From: Bacteroidota bacterium
GTDB lineage: Bacteria > Bacteroidota > Rhodothermia > Rhodothermales > UBA10348
Reading direction: 5' to 3'
Length of the DNA stretch: 64,000 nt
Assembly (NCBI GenBank): GCA_022567305.1
Contig: JADFHF010000002.1
Span: 103,762 to 167,761 of the forward strand
Shown: in pieces, positions 1 to 11,495 of the stretch
How positions within the stretch are numbered: the first letter of the stretch is position 1
How the letters are laid out: each line of letters begins with the position of its first letter
Position numbers and translations under genes: made by a program
The notes under the pieces: model-generated
Seen by the model: the letters and a program-made list of their open reading frames with translations, nothing else
What the model was told of the DNA's origin: nothing
The model's database searches: none

Positions 1-12
1 AGAGCCCTTCGA

Positions 13-903
13 ATGTCAGGATCCAATTATGTAGAGATTTGTGAAGTGGGTCCGCGTGACGGTTTTCAGTTCGAAGACACGCCAATCCCGACTTCGACGA
101 AACTCGAGATCATCCACGGACTCGTTGCTGCCGGTATACCGCGGATCCAGGTGGCCTCATTTGTGCACCCGGACAAGGTCCCTCAGATGGCGGACGCGGA
201 GGACGTGATCGCTGCGTTAAATCCGTCCGATAACGTCGTTTATTCGGGTCTTTGCCTGAACATGCGAGGCGTACAGCGGGCCGCAGATTCAGGTGTAAAA
301 GACCTGGACCTGTCCATCGCCACCAACGAATCACACGGGTTGGACAACGCAGACATGACGGTAGAGCAGGGTATCCTCGAAGCGGTAGAAATGGTGGCTG
401 AAGCGCATCGACGGGGACTTCGGGTGCAGCTCGGGTTGCAAACGGTTTTTGGATACGGCTACCCGGGAGACACGAGCCTCGACGAGATTTTGCTCGTCGC
501 TAAAAAATTTGCCGAGTTGAATGTGGATTCCATCTCACTCGCCGACACGACTGGATTGGCGAATCCCCAGTTGATCCGTGAGCGTGTATCTGCCGTCAGA
601 AATGTCATTGGGGAAACTCCTTTGGTCCTCCATTTGCACGATACACGAGGTCTCGGACTTGCAAACGTTCTCGCAGCCTGGGAATCCGGCGTCAGCCGTT
701 TTGACACGTCCCTCGGCGGTCTTGGTGGCTGTCCGTTCATCAGAGGTGCGACAGGCAATGTCGCAACCGAAGATGTAGTGTATCTGTTCGAAGAAATGGG
801 CGTGGAAACGGGGATTGAAAACCCGCGCGTGGCCGAATGCTCACGGAAAATCGCGGATCATTTAGGACGTCATTTGCCCGGAAAAATGTATCGGCTCGTT
901 TAA
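13..903 (+). CDS. hydroxymethylglutaryl-CoA lyase (HMGL-like DRE-TIM family)
   Basis: 296-aa ORF. It carries the family motifs EVGPRDGFQ near the N-terminus, HLHDTRG, and GGLGGCPF. Confidence 0.85.
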   Translation: MSGSNYVEICEVGPRDGFQFEDTPIPTSTKLEIIHGLVAAGIPRIQVASFVHPDKVPQMADAEDVIAALNPSDNVVYSGLCLNMRGVQRAADSGVKDLDLSIATNESHGLDNADMTVEQGILEAVEMVAEAHRRGLRVQLGLQTVFGYGYPGDTSLDEILLVAKKFAELNVDSISLADTTGLANPQLIRERVSAVRNVIGETPLVLHLHDTRGLGLANVLAAWESGVSRFDTSLGGLGGCPFIRGATGNVATEDVVYLFEEMGVETGIENPRVAECSRKIADHLGRHLPGKMYRLV

Positions 904-914
904 TCCGATTGGGT

Positions 915-3806
915 TCACCTTGGTTCGGAAGAACTCTCGTAGGCTTCGATCGGCTGACACGAACACACCAGATTGCGGTCTCCAGCAGCGTCATTGACTC
1001 GTCTTACGACTGGCCAGAATTTGTGATCACGCGTCCAGGGAGCCGGAAAAGCAGCCTGCTCTCTGGTATAGACCTGTTCCCATTCGTTCGCCACCAGCAT
1101 TCCGGTCGTATGAGGGGCGTTTGCCAAGAGACTGTCTTCTCCCGAGATAAGGCCGACTTCAACTTCCTGAATTTCAGCACGGATTGAAATCATCGCATCA
1201 CAAAATCGATCCAGTTCATCTTTCGATTCGCTTTCAGTTGGCTCGACCATCATTGTACCGACAACGGGCCATGACATCGTGGGTGCATGAAAACCATAAT
1301 CCATGAGACGTTTGGCTACATCGACTTCAGTTAAGCTGGTCTCGTTTCTCAGGTGCCGAAGATCTAGAATAAATTCGTGGGCGACTCGACCGTTTGTCCC
1401 GGTGTAGAGGACTTCGTAGTGTGACGAAAGCCTTTTGGCCATGTAGTTCGCATTCAGAATCGCGATTTCGGTGGATCGTCGAAGACCGTCTGCCCCGAGC
1501 ATCGCGATGTACGCCCAGGAAATGGGGAGAACCCCGGCACTTCCGTACGGGGCCGATGCTACGGGTCCAATCGCCTCTGGCGAATCGTTCACCACGACCA
1601 GAGGATGCCCCGGGAGATATTTGGCAAGGTGTTCGGCAACACATATGGGTCCCACGCCGGGCCCGCCTCCACCATGCGGGATGGCAAACGTCTTATGCAG
1701 GTTCAAATGACAAACATCGGCACCTACGTCGCCTGGCTGGCAGTAACCCATCTGGGCGTTCATGTTGGCGCCATCCAAATAGACCTGGCCTCCATTCTGG
1801 TGAACGAGGTCACAAATGTTTCGAATGCCTTCTTCGAAAACTCCATGCGTAGAGGGGTAGGTAACCATGATCGCTGCCAATCGGTCTGCGTTTTCGCTGA
1901 CTTTGGCCCGTAGATCAACCGTATCAATATTTCCCTGGTCGTCGCAGGCGACGACGACAACCTCCATTCCCGCCATCACGGCGCTTGCCGGATTCGTTCC
2001 GTGTGCGGAGCTCGGAATCAGGCAGACCTTACGATCGGAATCGCCGCGACTCAGATGGTACGCGCGGATCATCAAAAGTCCCGCATATTCTCCGGAAGCG
2101 CCGCTGTTGGGCTGAAGAGACGTGGCAGCAAATCCGGTGATCCGCGTCAGCCATTCCTCCAGCTCGCCGATCATCTTTCGATATCCCGAAACCTGATCGA
2201 CCGGGACGAAGGGGTGGATTTGACTGAAAGAGGCCCACGTAATCGGGATCAATTCCGTCGCGGCGTTCAGTTTCATGGTGCACGAACCAAGCGGAATCAT
2301 GCTCGTGGTGAGAGACAAATCTTTAGACGCGAGCCGATGCATGTATCGAGTCAGCTTCGTCTCGGAGTGGTGCTCGTGAAATACCGGGTGCGTAAGAAAG
2401 TCCGACGTGCGATCGGGGATGTCCCCTCCGGTAGGCATCGGCGGCGCACTCGAGGCGTTCAAACCGTTGCTGGACATGTTCTCCACATTGAAAACGTCAA
2501 ACAGATCGGAGACGTCTGTTTCGGTGACCGTCTGGTCGAGAGACAACCCAATGGAGCCGTCATCAAAGTATCGGAGATTGATTTCCCGCTCGAGCGCTCG
2601 ATTCTGAATAACGGACTGAGCGTTTTGGTCCGTGTCTATGCGAATCGTATCGAAATAATTCGAATGCCGGATCAAGTATCCCAGATCTGAAATTCGATTG
2701 GCAAGAGTCCTCGTCAAGAGGTGAATTCGATGGGCTATTTGTCGCAGGCCGTCAGGCCCATGGTAGACCGCATACATGCTAGCCATCACCGCAAGAAGAA
2801 CCTGGGCTGTACAGATATTCGATGTTGCCTTGTCCCTTCGAATGTGTTGTTCGCGAGTCTGGAGGGCCACTCTGAGTGCCGGATTCCCGTCCGCGTCCGT
2901 CGTTACACCAATAATCCGGCCAGGCGTTTGGCGCTTGAATGGGTTCTTGCAGGCGAAATAGGCAGCGTGTGGACCTCCGTAGCCCATGGGTACTCCGAAT
3001 CGTTGGGTTGATCCAACAGCCACGTCCGCACCGAATTCTGCCGGAGGTCGAAGCAGTGTCAAGCTCAATAAATCAGCGGCGACAACGACATAGACACCTG
3101 CCGCGTGCGCTTTTTCGCAGAGCGCCGAGTAGTCGAATATGTTTCCATCCGACGCCGGGTACTGGACCAACAGTCCAAAAACAGACTCGTCGAGAACAAA
3201 TTCGGAGTGATCCTGAATTTCAATTTCGATTCCCATGGGTTCGGCCCGCGTACGAACGACTGCAATCGTCTGCGGATGAACATCCGTCGAAACTAAGAAA
3301 CGAATGCCGTGACGCCGTCGAGAATGCCGATTCAGCATCATCATTGCCTCGGCCGCGGCCGTTCCCTCGTCCAGGAGCGACGCATTGGCGATCTCGAGTC
3401 CAGTAAGATCGACAATGACCGTCTGGAAATTTAGTAGGGCTTCGAGTCGACCCTGCGAGATTTCAGCCTGATAGGGTGTGTACTGGCTATACCATGACGG
3501 ATTTTCAAGAATACCTCTGCGAATCACCAGTGGTGTGATCGTACCGTAATACCCCATCCCGATATAGGATCGAAAGACGCGATTGTTTTTGGCATGCGCC
3601 GCCAATCGATCAATCAACTCGGTTTCGGTGAGCGCATCCGGAAGATCCAGCGGGGTGGACATTCGGATCTTCGCAGGAATGGTTTCGTCGATCAGCTCAT
3701 CGATGGAGTTCAGACCCAGGAAGTCCAACATTTCGGAAATCTGCGACGCCGACGGACCAATGTGTCGATCCTCGAATCGATCTGTATGTGAATAGCCCAC
3801 ACCCAT
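915..3806 (-). CDS. gcvP: glycine dehydrogenase (decarboxylating), single-chain P protein of the glycine cleavage system
   Basis: 963-aa ORF of the length typical for fused GcvP. It has the PLP-lysine region [19 protein letters not shown], and the N-terminus FEDRHIGPS is typical. Confidence 0.95.
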   Translation of the reverse strand: MGVGYSHTDRFEDRHIGPSASQISEMLDFLGLNSIDELIDETIPAKIRMSTPLDLPDALTETELIDRLAAHAKNNRVFRSYIGMGYYGTITPLVIRRGILENPSWYSQYTPYQAEISQGRLEALLNFQTVIVDLTGLEIANASLLDEGTAAAEAMMMLNRHSRRRHGIRFLVSTDVHPQTIAVVRTRAEPMGIEIEIQDHSEFVLDESVFGLLVQYPASDGNIFDYSALCEKAHAAGVYVVVAADLLSLTLLRPPAEFGADVAVGSTQRFGVPMGYGGPHAAYFACKNPFKRQTPGRIIGVTTDADGNPALRVALQTREQHIRRDKATSNICTAQVLLAVMASMYAVYHGPDGLRQIAHRIHLLTRTLANRISDLGYLIRHSNYFDTIRIDTDQNAQSVIQNRALEREINLRYFDDGSIGLSLDQTVTETDVSDLFDVFNVENMSSNGLNASSAPPMPTGGDIPDRTSDFLTHPVFHEHHSETKLTRYMHRLASKDLSLTTSMIPLGSCTMKLNAATELIPITWASFSQIHPFVPVDQVSGYRKMIGELEEWLTRITGFAATSLQPNSGASGEYAGLLMIRAYHLSRGDSDRKVCLIPSSAHGTNPASAVMAGMEVVVVACDDQGNIDTVDLRAKVSENADRLAAIMVTYPSTHGVFEEGIRNICDLVHQNGGQVYLDGANMNAQMGYCQPGDVGADVCHLNLHKTFAIPHGGGGPGVGPICVAEHLAKYLPGHPLVVVNDSPEAIGPVASAPYGSAGVLPISWAYIAMLGADGLRRSTEIAILNANYMAKRLSSHYEVLYTGTNGRVAHEFILDLRHLRNETSLTEVDVAKRLMDYGFHAPTMSWPVVGTMMVEPTESESKDELDRFCDAMISIRAEIQEVEVGLISGEDSLLANAPHTTGMLVANEWEQVYTREQAAFPAPWTRDHKFWPVVRRVNDAAGDRNLVCSCQPIEAYESSSEPR

Positions 3807-3842
3807 GGAATGATCAATGACAAATTGAATACAGAATCAGAA

Positions 3843-3859
3843 GGGGCACAGAACGCCCC
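3843..3859 (-). terminator. candidate intrinsic terminator downstream of rnc
   Basis: GGGGC-N7-GCCCC hairpin about 70 nt after the rnc stop. On the minus strand it is followed by the T-rich run TTCTGATTCTGTATT. The stem is short and no folding energy was computed. Confidence 0.35.
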
Positions 3860-3929
3860 GAGCGGCCAAATGTACGACCTGTTCGTTCAATATTGATCGA
3901 ATCCGTCTCTATTTAGCTCACTCCGAATA

Positions 3930-4694
3930 TTACGTGTCGGCGTGGTCAACCTCGGAAAGCGAGCGGAGCGCCTCACTCGCCGCCAACTGCTCCGCATCTT
4001 TCTTGTTTTTGGCAGTTCCTTCGCCCAACAACCGATCTGAGAGGAGTACCTCAACCGTGAAAACCTTGTCATGACTCGGGCCCGTTTCTTCCTTCACGCG
4101 ATACGAAGGTTGTGGCCACTGTCGGGCCTGGGCATACTCGAGAAGATTGCTCTTGTAATTGTCCTTTTGATTGGCCAGGTCCAACAAGTTCACACGGCCG
4201 AGCACGGTTCGTTCGATGAACACTCTCGCCGAGTCCATTCCCAGATCGAGGTAGATGGCTCCAATAATGGCCTCAAATGCATCCGAAAGAATGCTCTCGC
4301 TCGTTCGACCCGTCGTTGATGCAATGGCTTCACTCATCAGAATGATTTCGCCCAGATTCAGATTCGCAGCGCTCTCGGCCAGCGCCCGTCTATTGACCAA
4401 TTTGGCCCGAAGGCTCGTGAGGAATCCCTCGTCCCGGTCCCGAAATTTTCGAAAGAGATGTTCGGCAACAACCATGCCCAGGATAGCATCTCCCAGATAC
4501 TCCAGACGTTCATTTGACTGACGCCGGGGTTGAGGATCGGATCGTAGAAGGGACCGGTGGGTCAGGGCGCGCCTGTAAAGCGACAGATCGGATATGGGTT
4601 GCCCTGTGAGTCTCTCTATCGCAGTCCTGTTTAACTCGCCGGAAAGAACAGGCTTGGGTTTTCTAAAACGACGGAGGAAAAACCTGCGAATCAC
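3930..4694 (-). CDS. rnc: ribonuclease III
   Basis: RNase III signature ERLEYLGDAILG, plus a C-terminal dsRBD-like region (KDAEQLAASEAL). Confidence 0.93.
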   Translation of the reverse strand: MIRRFFLRRFRKPKPVLSGELNRTAIERLTGQPISDLSLYRRALTHRSLLRSDPQPRRQSNERLEYLGDAILGMVVAEHLFRKFRDRDEGFLTSLRAKLVNRRALAESAANLNLGEIILMSEAIASTTGRTSESILSDAFEAIIGAIYLDLGMDSARVFIERTVLGRVNLLDLANQKDNYKSNLLEYAQARQWPQPSYRVKEETGPSHDKVFTVEVLLSDRLLGEGTAKNKKDAEQLAASEALRSLSEVDHADT

Positions 4695-4772
4695 GAAAAG
4701 AAATTTCTGAGAGAAGTCTGAAGCGCGCTCCTAAGATAGTACGTTTACTCGATCTACGGAATCAATTTCAGA

Positions 4773-6374
4773 TCAATCAGTCGATGCGTGTGTCTTCGCC
4801 CGAAAAAGTGACTCCACGTACGAGACCAGCGCCTGGTTCGAGACGGCCACGTCGCTATAGGTACAAATGCCCAGCTTCACTTCCGGAAAATCATCGAGAA
4901 GCCGCGGACTCCCTAATGCGGCAAGAATGACAGGACACCGTTCGGCGACAGAATGAATAAACTGTTTCTGATTCGGAAGCAGGCCGAATCCGTGCCAGGC
5001 TGCGGGCTTGACGACGGCGGCGATCAACACGCAGCCAAATTGATCTGCCCGGTTGACGAGTTCACCAAGCCATGCATCGGTCGTATCGGGCAAAATATTC
5101 GCGAACTCTACGTTTTCAAACGCACTTCGGACGAATCCCTCGAGCGAAGCGGCGGTGGGATCTGGATACGTCACGTGAGGACGAATGAGAAGCACGAGTA
5201 TGCCGTCTTGATCCAGGCGGTCGCGCGTACCGGATATGGCTTTCGCCGAACCCGTCAAGACTCGGATAGCGTTATCTGCGATCTCCCTGGCTACCTCTTG
5301 GTGACGTTCGCTTCCAACGAGTGATCGATTTCCTGCTCTAGACGGATCAATGAAAAACCGCTCTCCATATCTTTCTGTAAATCTTGATTTTAGCGCCATC
5401 ATTCGAGAGACAGATTCATCAATTCGCTTCTCGGTTAGGAGGCCCGTTTCCACGGCCTGTACCAGATTTCGTGCTGTCGTTTCTGGATCTTTGACATCGA
5501 GTAGAATATCCACACCCGCGGACAGCATCTTCGCGGCCCAGGCCGGACCATCCTCTTTGGGACCGGCCCCCTCCATCAGCAGGCTGTCCGTTACGACAAG
5601 GCCTTCAAAGCCGAGATCATTTCGCAGCAAGTCGCAGAGTATCGGCTTGGACTGAGTGGCGACGGTACCCGAAGGATCAAGAGCTGGATACGCTACGTGC
5701 GCCGTCATAATGAGATCTACCCCTTGATCGATAGCCGCCTGAAACGGGAAAAGTTCGAGTTTCTCCAACTCCTCGCGGGATCGTTCGACAACGGGGACCT
5801 GCTCGTGAGAATCGGTACTCGTATCCCCATGTCCCGGGAAATGCTTGGCGGTTGATAGCAATCCCTTGTCCTGGCAAACTCGAACATAGGTTCGGACGCG
5901 CTCGGCGACCGAATCAACCTTCGACCCGAAAGCCCGAATCGAAATAATGGGATTATCCGGATTGGAATGAACATCTGCCACCGGTGAAAAACTGATATGG
6001 ATTCCACATGCGAGCGCTTCCCGTGCGGCAATAGCAGTCGATCTTTCCAGGGCCGGTAGAGTCTTGTCGTCTGAAGCGGCGAAGGCAAACGCGTGCGGGA
6101 ATAGGGTTGCTCCGGCGAGTTGCTGGCCAACTCCCCTTTCCATATCCGTTCCGATTAACAGAGGGTACCGGCTCTTCGCCTGCAGATGAGCCAGCGTCCC
6201 CGGCGTCTTGTCGAGCGTTCCATTGAATAGAACCAAGCCTCCGACAGGGCAAGAATCCAGAAGATCTTCAATGCGCGCCGCATCATCCTCTACCGAAATG
6301 GACGGCTGCATGTTTGACCCGATTCGGGTGAAAAGGAGCTGTGCAGCTTTCTCGTAAAGCGATTCCGGATACAT
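4773..6374 (-). CDS. glycoside hydrolase family 3 protein, NagZ-like beta-N-acetylhexosaminidase with an extra C-terminal domain
   Basis: GH3 motif KHFPGHGDTSTDSH. The layout is a 533-aa N-terminal (beta/alpha)8-type domain followed by an alpha/beta domain. Confidence 0.8.
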   Translation of the reverse strand: MYPESLYEKAAQLLFTRIGSNMQPSISVEDDAARIEDLLDSCPVGGLVLFNGTLDKTPGTLAHLQAKSRYPLLIGTDMERGVGQQLAGATLFPHAFAFAASDDKTLPALERSTAIAAREALACGIHISFSPVADVHSNPDNPIISIRAFGSKVDSVAERVRTYVRVCQDKGLLSTAKHFPGHGDTSTDSHEQVPVVERSREELEKLELFPFQAAIDQGVDLIMTAHVAYPALDPSGTVATQSKPILCDLLRNDLGFEGLVVTDSLLMEGAGPKEDGPAWAAKMLSAGVDILLDVKDPETTARNLVQAVETGLLTEKRIDESVSRMMALKSRFTERYGERFFIDPSRAGNRSLVGSERHQEVAREIADNAIRVLTGSAKAISGTRDRLDQDGILVLLIRPHVTYPDPTAASLEGFVRSAFENVEFANILPDTTDAWLGELVNRADQFGCVLIAAVVKPAAWHGFGLLPNQKQFIHSVAERCPVILAALGSPRLLDDFPEVKLGICTYSDVAVSNQALVSYVESLFRAKTHASTD

Positions 6375-6953
6375 TCAGGTGTCCTGATACAACCGGTGGG
6401 TATCGATATAGTCCACGACCGATTTCGGGAGAAGGTTGGGCGTGGGGGTTCCGCTCGAAATCAGGTTTCGTATTTGAGAACTGGCGATGTCAATGAAATT
6501 CCCGTTCAAGAGAAAAACATCATCGGCTATCTTGTGAGAGCCCCGATTCCTTGGATATACGATGATCTGGGCCTTCTCCCTAATCGTATCCGGTTCGCGC
6601 CACGAATCGAAAGAAGCGTATGCATCTTCACCCAACAACAGGTACCAATCGATCCCAGACTGTTGCTCCGTGGCGGCTTTTAAGGTATCGACCGTATAAG
6701 AAACTCCACCCCGAACGATTTCGATATCCCAGATCGAGAATCGGGGATGGACGCTGATGAGGAGTTTCGTCATCTGCTGCCGATGTGAGGCATCGACGAC
6801 AGGTATCTCCTTTTTATGGGGCGAGATACAATTGGGTATCCACCGAACCTCATCAAGTTGAAACTGCTCTGCGGCTGCGATTGCGACGCTGAGGTGACCG
6901 ATGTGCGGAGGATCAAACGAGCCACCGAACAGCGCGATACGATCCCGTTTCAC
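6375..6953 (-). CDS. nadD: nicotinate-nucleotide adenylyltransferase
   Basis: GGSFDPPHIGH nucleotidyltransferase (H/T)xGH motif. The ORF is 192 aa and abuts the GH3 gene. Confidence 0.9.
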   Translation of the reverse strand: MKRDRIALFGGSFDPPHIGHLSVAIAAAEQFQLDEVRWIPNCISPHKKEIPVVDASHRQQMTKLLISVHPRFSIWDIEIVRGGVSYTVDTLKAATEQQSGIDWYLLLGEDAYASFDSWREPDTIREKAQIIVYPRNRGSHKIADDVFLLNGNFIDIASSQIRNLISSGTPTPNLLPKSVVDYIDTHRLYQDT

Positions 6954-7918
6954 GAGTCTGTCTGAGTTTCTCCGAGTAGGCGCGTGGCTTCGTTGAATAA
7001 AACTTCCGCTTCCTTAATGAGCGGACTATCCGGAAAGATCTGAATGAGACGGTCATAGTGGTCTATGACGAGTTGATATCGTTCAGCCTGCTTGTTGGCA
7101 ATGCTTTTTGAGCCGTATTCCAAATAATTCCGCATAGCGCCTACGAGGGCGTCGTCTGCGAGAGACGAGTCATAGTAATCATCAAAAATCCTCTCAAACG
7201 ACATGGCTGCTGCCTCGTACTGAAAAATTCGTTCATACATCTGCGCGATGTTCAACTTTTTTTTAGCCAGTTTCTCCCGTAATTCGACAATCCGATTCTG
7301 GGCCTCGATGACCAACACATGATCTTGATATCGGCTAATGAACAACCTGAATTGTTCGATGGCGCGCTCGGTATCGGTTTGATCGAAGTCATAGGATGGT
7401 GAGCGGTCGTAATAGGTGAGAGCCAGCTCGTACTCAGCATCGGCAACGCGCGGATCACTCCGATAAATTTGCGTGAAGCGGGCGTATTCATTTGCCGCCA
7501 GGAGAAAGTCCTTGTTACCGCGGTAGGAGCGGGCTAGAAAGAGTTGCGCACCGGCGGCCCATTCATGGGTTCGTCCGAAATCGAATACCCCCTGGAAAAA
7601 CAGAATCGCAAGATCATACTTCTCCTCATCGTAACGAGCTTTTCCGCTCTCGTATGCATCCTGAGGTGTATTGTAGCGCACGCGAGACGAAGAGCCGCAC
7701 CCTGCAACGAGGAGAGCGCTTAGAATTACGGACAGGGGAAGCCATTTAGAGGCGTGTTTGGCAAGCTTGCTCAAGTAGTTTTTTGGAAACGCAGTTGTGT
7801 GGATATTCGATACGCAGATGTTCTGAGCGAATCTGTTAACGGTTCGTGTGATCTTGTTCGTACATCGATCTCGTTGGAAATTGCTTTTTGCCCCTACGAA
7901 AAAGGCCGGACGCTGCAA
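6950..7918 (-). CDS. bamD: outer membrane protein assembly factor BamD (TPR lipoprotein)
   Basis: Lipobox LLVAGC followed by TPR-like helices, as in YfiO/BamD. The first ~48 aa of the ORF look non-native, so the real start is probably an internal TTG near 7774 (MSKLAKHASKWLPL...). Confidence 0.75.
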   Translation of the reverse strand: MQRPAFFVGAKSNFQRDRCTNKITRTVNRFAQNICVSNIHTTAFPKNYLSKLAKHASKWLPLSVILSALLVAGCGSSSRVRYNTPQDAYESGKARYDEEKYDLAILFFQGVFDFGRTHEWAAGAQLFLARSYRGNKDFLLAANEYARFTQIYRSDPRVADAEYELALTYYDRSPSYDFDQTDTERAIEQFRLFISRYQDHVLVIEAQNRIVELREKLAKKKLNIAQMYERIFQYEAAAMSFERIFDDYYDSSLADDALVGAMRNYLEYGSKSIANKQAERYQLVIDHYDRLIQIFPDSPLIKEAEVLFNEATRLLGETQTDS

Positions 7919-7970
7919 GCGGCCGGCCGGACTACACGAACGTTAGGCGACATCAGCAGTTCCGCAGAAA

Positions 7971-9404
7971 TTATCGGATGAAAGCCAACTCATCGTCGCG
8001 ATACCTATGGAAAAACATGGCGCCATTCACGTTCGTGCCCTGAAATTCGATCCGAGACGCCAAACCTCGATAAAGAGGCTCAAGTCGGATGGCTTCGTCC
8101 AGGGGTAACCTCTCGTTACGGGTCGCAATGGAAAGGAGATAACGAGTCACATCATAGCCCGTGTAGGCGAGGCGCTGCGGCATTTCCGAGGAGAGTTGAG
8201 CAAATCGTGATTTAAATAACTCGACAGTGGGGTCAGCCTCTGTTAGATAAAAATCATTTGAGTAGGTCGTCGTATATCTGGAAGCGGCAACTACCATGGG
8301 CAAATCGTGCCAGGATGAATTTCCAAGAATCCGGGTATGAGCTCCCAGTCGGTCAAGACTCGATAGGATGGCACCGACTGCGGGCTCGGGTTCAATATCC
8401 GTAACGGGGATGTACACCGCCTCGACGTAATTCAATGTGTCTGCCGTGATCGCTTCCGAGAGCCTGACCCAGGCATTGCCATCGGAAAGGACAATTACGA
8501 GATTGATTTCAGCTCCCAGTTCAGAAGCTTCCTGAATAAAAGAGTCTGTCAATCGTTCGCTGATTCCCGATTCGTCAACGCGAGCAATAACGCCGAGGGA
8601 TTTCAACTGGAGTCCGAGTACAGCGAACCTGGCCATCAGTCTGCCGCGGTTCTGAATCGACGCATTGGCCTGAAACGCATACTGACGTCCGGCACTGACG
8701 CGTTCATCCGTTGCAAGAGGGGCAACAAACACGACTTTTTCGCTTTCAGCGGCTTCGGCTGCAGCCATTGCCTGATCGCTGAACAGGGCGCCCAAAATGA
8801 AACGGACATGTTCATCGGCCAGTTCGCGAACCGCTTCAGCTGTGCGCTTCGGTGAGCTGTTCGTGTTTCGAAAGATCATTTTTATCGGATCTCCTAGACC
8901 CGACCGATTGAATTCCTCCACGGCCAATCGAATTCCGTTGAACAGGGCCTGAGTTTGCGTCACCTCGTCTTCGTGGAGTGATAAGATGATGCCAATGTCC
9001 AGCGTCTCCCCCTGGTTTCGATTTGCAGCCTCGCGGGCAAGGTGCAGGGTAGACCGTGCGTCCGAACGATATCCGCTAGATGGGTAGAACTCTAAAAAAG
9101 TCTCGAGCTCTCGTTCTGCGACGCTAAAATCCCTCATCCGGAACGCGCTCTTCGCCATCATGAGAGCGGCGGCGGTCGTATGTCGGTGAAGATCAAATTC
9201 GCCAACAACTTGCGCAAATGTGGATCGTGCTTCAACGTAGTTCTCCGCGTTGAATCGCTCGAGTCCAACGTCAAAGAGGGAGTCAGCACGCGCAATGGTC
9301 ACGATTTTGACCAATCGAAACTGGCCAAATGCCACTTTTCCACCTAATAGGAACACCAGTCCAAGGATCCAGAGGCGCTTGCAACTACAACAGGAAAAAC
9401 TCAA
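7971..9404 (-). CDS. periplasmic protein with N-terminal TPR plus a type-1 periplasmic-binding fold (LivK/Peripla_BP_6-like; LpoA-like architecture)
   Basis: Signal peptide, then a TPR segment (FNAENYVEARSTF...), then a region with alternating alpha/beta PBP character (IGIILSL..., VRFILGALFS, VVFVAPLA). The family assignment was made by eye only. Confidence 0.5.
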   Translation of the reverse strand: MSFSCCSCKRLWILGLVFLLGGKVAFGQFRLVKIVTIARADSLFDVGLERFNAENYVEARSTFAQVVGEFDLHRHTTAAALMMAKSAFRMRDFSVAERELETFLEFYPSSGYRSDARSTLHLAREAANRNQGETLDIGIILSLHEDEVTQTQALFNGIRLAVEEFNRSGLGDPIKMIFRNTNSSPKRTAEAVRELADEHVRFILGALFSDQAMAAAEAAESEKVVFVAPLATDERVSAGRQYAFQANASIQNRGRLMARFAVLGLQLKSLGVIARVDESGISERLTDSFIQEASELGAEINLVIVLSDGNAWVRLSEAITADTLNYVEAVYIPVTDIEPEPAVGAILSSLDRLGAHTRILGNSSWHDLPMVVAASRYTTTYSNDFYLTEADPTVELFKSRFAQLSSEMPQRLAYTGYDVTRYLLSIATRNERLPLDEAIRLEPLYRGLASRIEFQGTNVNGAMFFHRYRDDELAFIR

Positions 9405-9452
9405 TGGAATGATCCGGAATACAGGTGGGAAAGGACACGATTGACGGATTCG

Positions 9453-11036
9453 TCATTCCCATTCAATCGTGGCCGGGGGTTTCGAACTAATGTCATAAAC
9501 GGTTCGATTGATCCCGCGAATCTCATTTACAATTCGGTTGGAAACATGGGCTAGAAAATCGTGTGGCAGTTTGGCCCAATCAGCCGTCATTCCATCCACA
9601 CTGGCGACGGCTCTGAGCGCGCAGACATTTTCATAAGTACGCTCGTCTCCCATCACACCGACTGTCTGAATGGGAAGTAGGACACAGAAGGCTTGCCAGA
9701 CTGAATCGTATAGATCGAACGCCTTCAGTTCATCAATAAAAATCTTGTCGGCCCTTCTAAGGATTTCCAATTTGCTTGGAGTCACCTCTCCGATAACCCG
9801 AACGGCCAAGCCGGGACCAGGAAACGGATGCCGCCCAATCATTTCTTTGGGCAGTCCGAGAATTTTTCCAATCGTCCGAACTTCATCCTTGAACAACTCC
9901 CGTAACGGTTCAAGAATTTCGAAATCCATCTTTTCGGGTAAACCTCCCACATTATGGTGAGTTTTTATGGTAGCTGATGGCCCTTTGAACGACGCGCTTT
10001 CGATGACATCGGGATACAGTGTACCCTGAGCAAGGAATTTGGGCTTTTGTCCCAGTTCGGTGGCAATTTCCACGGTCGCCTCCTCGAAAACCTGGACAAA
10101 CGTGTTTCCGATGATGCGTCGCTTCTGTTCCGGATCGGTAACGTGCCTCAGTCGCTCCAGAAAGAGATCGCTGGCATCGACGGCTTTCAGGGTAACATTA
10201 AAGTGATCACGAAATGTGCTCTGCACCTCTTCCCATTCTCCCAATCTCAGTAGCCCGTTGTTCACGAACACACACGTGAGCCCTTCTTCGAGGGCGCGTT
10301 GAAGCAGCACAGCAGCAACGGACGAATCGACGCCGCCCGAAAGGCCAAGGATCACATGGTCCGCTCCGACGGTTTTACGAATTTCCTCCGTCTTCTCTTC
10401 AACAAATGAAGCCGGTGACCAGTCGCCGTCGCACCCGCAAATTCGGCGCGTGAAGTTCTCCAGGATCCGTTTTCCGTGTTCTGTGTGGACGACTTCCGGA
10501 TGAAATTGAACACCAAAATGTGGTCGATGATAAGACCGTACGGCTGCAATTGGAGCACTTGCCGTGTGGGCAATAACCTCGTATTCGTCGGAGATCCCCT
10601 GGATCGAATCTCCGTGACTCATCCAAACCGTGGACTCGTCGGGAATACCGGCCAACAAATCGGAGTCGCTGTCGACGATCAGCTTGGCCCGACCGAATTC
10701 TCGATGATCGGTTCTTTCGACCGATCCACCCGATGCGCGAGCCATTCCCTGCAACCCGTAACAGATTCCCAACAACGGAAGCTCGCTGCCATCGGCTCGA
10801 CTCAATTCAAGTACGTCCGGGTCGAGCTGAGGTGCGTCCTCGTCATAAACAGACATGGGACCGCCGGATAGGATCAGTCCCGACAGCTCCAATTTCCGAA
10901 TGTCCGAAATGGGAACGGTACAGGGGTAAATTTCCGAATAGACTCCAGTTTCCCGGACGCGCCTTGCGATGAGCTGCGTGTATTGGGAGCCAAAATCAAG
11001 GATGGCAATCCGTTGATGCATAGATGCGCCCATCAA
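9453..11036 (-). CDS. guaA: GMP synthase (glutamine-hydrolysing)
   Basis: The GATase domain starts [17 protein letters not shown], the PP-loop reads [10 protein letters not shown], and the C-terminus is the characteristic PPATIEWE. Confidence 0.97.
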   Translation of the reverse strand: MMGASMHQRIAILDFGSQYTQLIARRVRETGVYSEIYPCTVPISDIRKLELSGLILSGGPMSVYDEDAPQLDPDVLELSRADGSELPLLGICYGLQGMARASGGSVERTDHREFGRAKLIVDSDSDLLAGIPDESTVWMSHGDSIQGISDEYEVIAHTASAPIAAVRSYHRPHFGVQFHPEVVHTEHGKRILENFTRRICGCDGDWSPASFVEEKTEEIRKTVGADHVILGLSGGVDSSVAAVLLQRALEEGLTCVFVNNGLLRLGEWEEVQSTFRDHFNVTLKAVDASDLFLERLRHVTDPEQKRRIIGNTFVQVFEEATVEIATELGQKPKFLAQGTLYPDVIESASFKGPSATIKTHHNVGGLPEKMDFEILEPLRELFKDEVRTIGKILGLPKEMIGRHPFPGPGLAVRVIGEVTPSKLEILRRADKIFIDELKAFDLYDSVWQAFCVLLPIQTVGVMGDERTYENVCALRAVASVDGMTADWAKLPHDFLAHVSNRIVNEIRGINRTVYDISSKPPATIEWE

Positions 11037-11042
11037 TTCAGC

Positions 11043-11429
11043 CTAGCTGCCGGCCACGGCTGCGTATTCATCTACCGACAGCAATTGAGAGATCTCCGAT
11101 GGATCGGACAGTTTGATCATGATGATCCAACCCTCACCATATGGATCGTTGTTCAACAGTTCTGGGCTGTCCTCAAGTGACTCGTTCATTTCCTGAACCG
11201 TTCCAGAGACGGGCATAAATAATTCTGCAACGGTCTTGACCGCCTCTACCGTACCAAATGGATCATCTTTAGCAAGATCGTTGTCAAGCTCATCGATTTC
11301 GACAAACACGATATCACCCAATTCAGACTGAGCAAATTCCGTAATGCCAACCATGCATGTTTCGGTTTCCTGGTCGTAACGCAGCCATTCATGGTCCTGC
11401 GTGTAATACAGATCTGATGGAAATTCCAT
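11043..11429 (-). CDS. gcvH: glycine cleavage system H protein
   Basis: 128 aa, with the lipoyl-lysine motif TVEAVKTV. Confidence 0.93.
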   Translation of the reverse strand: MEFPSDLYYTQDHEWLRYDQETETCMVGITEFAQSELGDIVFVEIDELDNDLAKDDPFGTVEAVKTVAELFMPVSGTVQEMNESLEDSPELLNNDPYGEGWIIMIKLSDPSEISQLLSVDEYAAVAGS

Positions 11430-11495
11430 GGGAAAATTGGTGGATTAAGCGGATACTCTTTAAGTAACTATGTATTAAAAACTTAGACGAAATGA

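Noticed and set aside
2001-2690. 229-aa plus-strand ORF, with several shorter ones, inside gcvP
   Set aside because: It lies entirely antisense to a very well supported 963-aa gene. Its Arg/Gly/Ser-rich composition is typical of a shadow frame, and it has no recognisable motifs.
3807-3929. Possible glycine riboswitch in the gcvP leader
   Set aside because: I read the minus strand of the 123-nt leader and did not find the GGAGAG...CACCGAAGGGGCAA-type aptamer cores. The only structure is a short GC hairpin, better explained as the rnc terminator.
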